Shown: piece by piece, positions 52,151-53,750 of the stretch
How positions within the stretch are numbered: the stretch's first letter is position 1
Layout of the letters: each line of letters starts with the position of its first letter
DNA from: Pontimonas sp.
GTDB lineage: Bacteria > Actinomycetota > Actinomycetes > Actinomycetales > Microbacteriaceae
DNA length: 53,750 bases
Reading direction: 5' to 3'
Assembly: GCA_017852615.1 (NCBI GenBank)
Contig: JAFMKX010000002.1
Span: forward strand, 1-53,750
Position numbers and translations under genes: made by a program
Notes under the pieces: model-generated
What the model saw: the letters and a program-made list of their open reading frames with translations, nothing else
Told to the model about the DNA's origin: nothing
Database searches by the model: none

Positions 52151-53647
52151 ATGACGCTCTCTGTTACTAATGCCACCGGCTCTGATGTCCGTGTTCGTTT
52201 TTGCCCATCCCCCACTGGCACCCCACATGTGGGGCTGGTGCGAACGGCCTTGTTTAACTGGGCATACGCCCGACACCACCAGGGTGCTTTTGTGTTGCGC
52301 ATCGAAGACACAGACCAGGAAAGAGACAGCGAAGAAAGCTACCAGCAGCTCTTAGAGGCTCTTCGCTGGTTGGGGCTGAACTGGGATGAAGGCCCTGAAA
52401 TGGGCGGGGCCCACGAGCCTTACCGGCAATCATTGCGCAGCGATATCTATGCCGAGGTGATCGACACCTTGCTCCAGGCCGGCCACCTCTATGAAAGTTT
52501 TGTGACGCCAGAGGAAATGGCCGCGATTAACGTGGCCAACGGACGCGACCCCAAGCAGGGCTATGACAATCATGAGCGCGAACTCAGTGCACAACAGCGC
52601 CAGGCATACCTGGATGAAGGGCGCATACCGGCACTTCGTTTGCGGGTTCCTGAGGTGGACTTATCGTTTAGTGACCTTATTCGCGGCGATGTTTCGTTTC
52701 CGCAGGGTTCCACGATCGACTTTGTTGCTGTTCGCGGTGGGGGCAAACCCCTCTACACCTTCGTCAATCCTCTGGATGATGCCCTTATGGGCATCACCCA
52801 CGTGTTGCGCGGGGAAGACTTGCTCTCCTCCACTCCGCGACAGCTAGCCCTGTATCACGCGCTGGGTGAGGTGGGCATTGCCCATCACCTTCCTCGCTTT
52901 GCTCACCTGCCCTATGTCATGGGGGAGGGCAATAAGAAGCTCTCAAAGCGCGATGTGGAATCCAACTTGTTCCACCACCGTGACCGCGGATTTATTGCCG
53001 AGGGCTTACTGAACTACCTCAGCTTGTTGGGCTGGTCCCTAGCGCCGGATCGCGACGTCTTTTCCATGGACGAAATGGTCGCTGCCTTCGACGTCACCTC
53101 GGTCAATCCCAACCCGGCACGTTTTGACCTGAAAAAGGCAGAATCGATCAACGGGGACCATCTTCGATTACTGAGCCCCGAAGACTTCCAGGCCCGAACC
53201 CTTCCGTATTTGGAATCGGCGGGCGTGCTGAGTGAACCCGTGAGCGAGGAGGACATGGCGAAGCTGACGCAGATCATGCCCCACGTTCAAGAGCGCGTGG
53301 GTCTCTTGGGCGAAGTTCCGGATTTGATTCGCTTTGTGTTCCTTGCTGATGACGCCATCGAGATTGAGGCCGATGCCCGCAAGACGCTTCAGGATTCTTC
53401 CGCATCGGTGCTCGAGGCAGCGATCGCCGCGCTGGAGGGGCTGGAGACCTGGAACACGGCTTCCGTGGAGGACGTTCTTCGCGCCGCCATTGTGGAGACG
53501 ATGGAGATTTCTCCACGGCATGCTTTTGGTCCGCTTCGTGTCGCAATCTCTGGTCGTCGAATCAGCCCACCGCTGTTTGAGTCGATGGAGGTCTTGGGAC
53601 GTGAGTCAAGCCTGGCTCGATTGCGCCGTCTTCGCGCGGCGCTCTAG
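52151..53647 (+). CDS. gltX: Glutamate--tRNA ligase
   Basis: [36 protein letters not shown]. Confidence 0.97.
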   Translation: MTLSVTNATGSDVRVRFCPSPTGTPHVGLVRTALFNWAYARHHQGAFVLRIEDTDQERDSEESYQQLLEALRWLGLNWDEGPEMGGAHEPYRQSLRSDIYAEVIDTLLQAGHLYESFVTPEEMAAINVANGRDPKQGYDNHERELSAQQRQAYLDEGRIPALRLRVPEVDLSFSDLIRGDVSFPQGSTIDFVAVRGGGKPLYTFVNPLDDALMGITHVLRGEDLLSSTPRQLALYHALGEVGIAHHLPRFAHLPYVMGEGNKKLSKRDVESNLFHHRDRGFIAEGLLNYLSLLGWSLAPDRDVFSMDEMVAAFDVTSVNPNPARFDLKKAESINGDHLRLLSPEDFQARTLPYLESAGVLSEPVSEEDMAKLTQIMPHVQERVGLLGEVPDLIRFVFLADDAIEIEADARKTLQDSSASVLEAAIAALEGLETWNTASVEDVLRAAIVETMEISPRHAFGPLRVAISGRRISPPLFESMEVLGRESSLARLRRLRAAL

Positions 53648-53696
53648 GCGTGCGCTAAGCTAAGGGCGGTTCACGCGGGGCTTGCGCCCCTTGCAG

Positions 53697-53750
53697 TGGG
53701 GTGTGGTGTAATTGGCAACACGGCTGATTCTGGTTCAGTTGTTCTTGGTT
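53697..53750 (+). tRNA. tRNA-Gln (CTG), truncated by the window end
   Basis: TGGGGTG..GGTGTAATTGGCAACAC, anticodon arm GCTGA-TTCTGGT-TCAGT; usual position after gltX. Confidence 0.88.

Noticed and set aside
52480-52580. GluRS lacking zinc-knuckle cysteines
   Set aside because: Common in actinobacterial GluRS.

Overview
This is a gene-dense, high-GC actinobacterial core-genome segment. Gene order and protein sequences point to Microbacteriaceae, possibly a streamlined aquatic or saline lineage (inference). In order it holds: partial lspA-like gene, MarR, tRNA-Gln, glmU-prs, APC permease, rplY-pth-mfd-mazG-hisS-eno-ftsB-DUF501-S8 protease-ndh, tRNA-Leu, lemA-htpX-AI-2E-ilvA, greA, hlyIII/cis-prenyltransferase/phoH2, fumC, carbonic anhydrase, xseAB/ispH, fbaA/glpX, rmuC/ychF, a sugar ABC operon facing a GH1 glycosidase, a SOUL protein, a tandem glycine riboswitch with gcvTHP, a DCC-CPBP-Bcp operon, typA, FAH, MFS, gltX and a partial tRNA-Gln. 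I found no mobile element, prophage, CRISPR array or defence island, and I cannot support a new multi-gene system. The most interesting signals are non-coding or translational: a 5S-rRNA loop-E-like hairpin in the rplY leader, a terminator-like attenuator in the greA leader, a pth gene with no canonical in-frame start before its conserved N-terminus, a palindrome that forms both -10 boxes of a divergent gene pair, and widespread leaderless-type promoters. All family calls come from motif recognition by eye; no database search was run.
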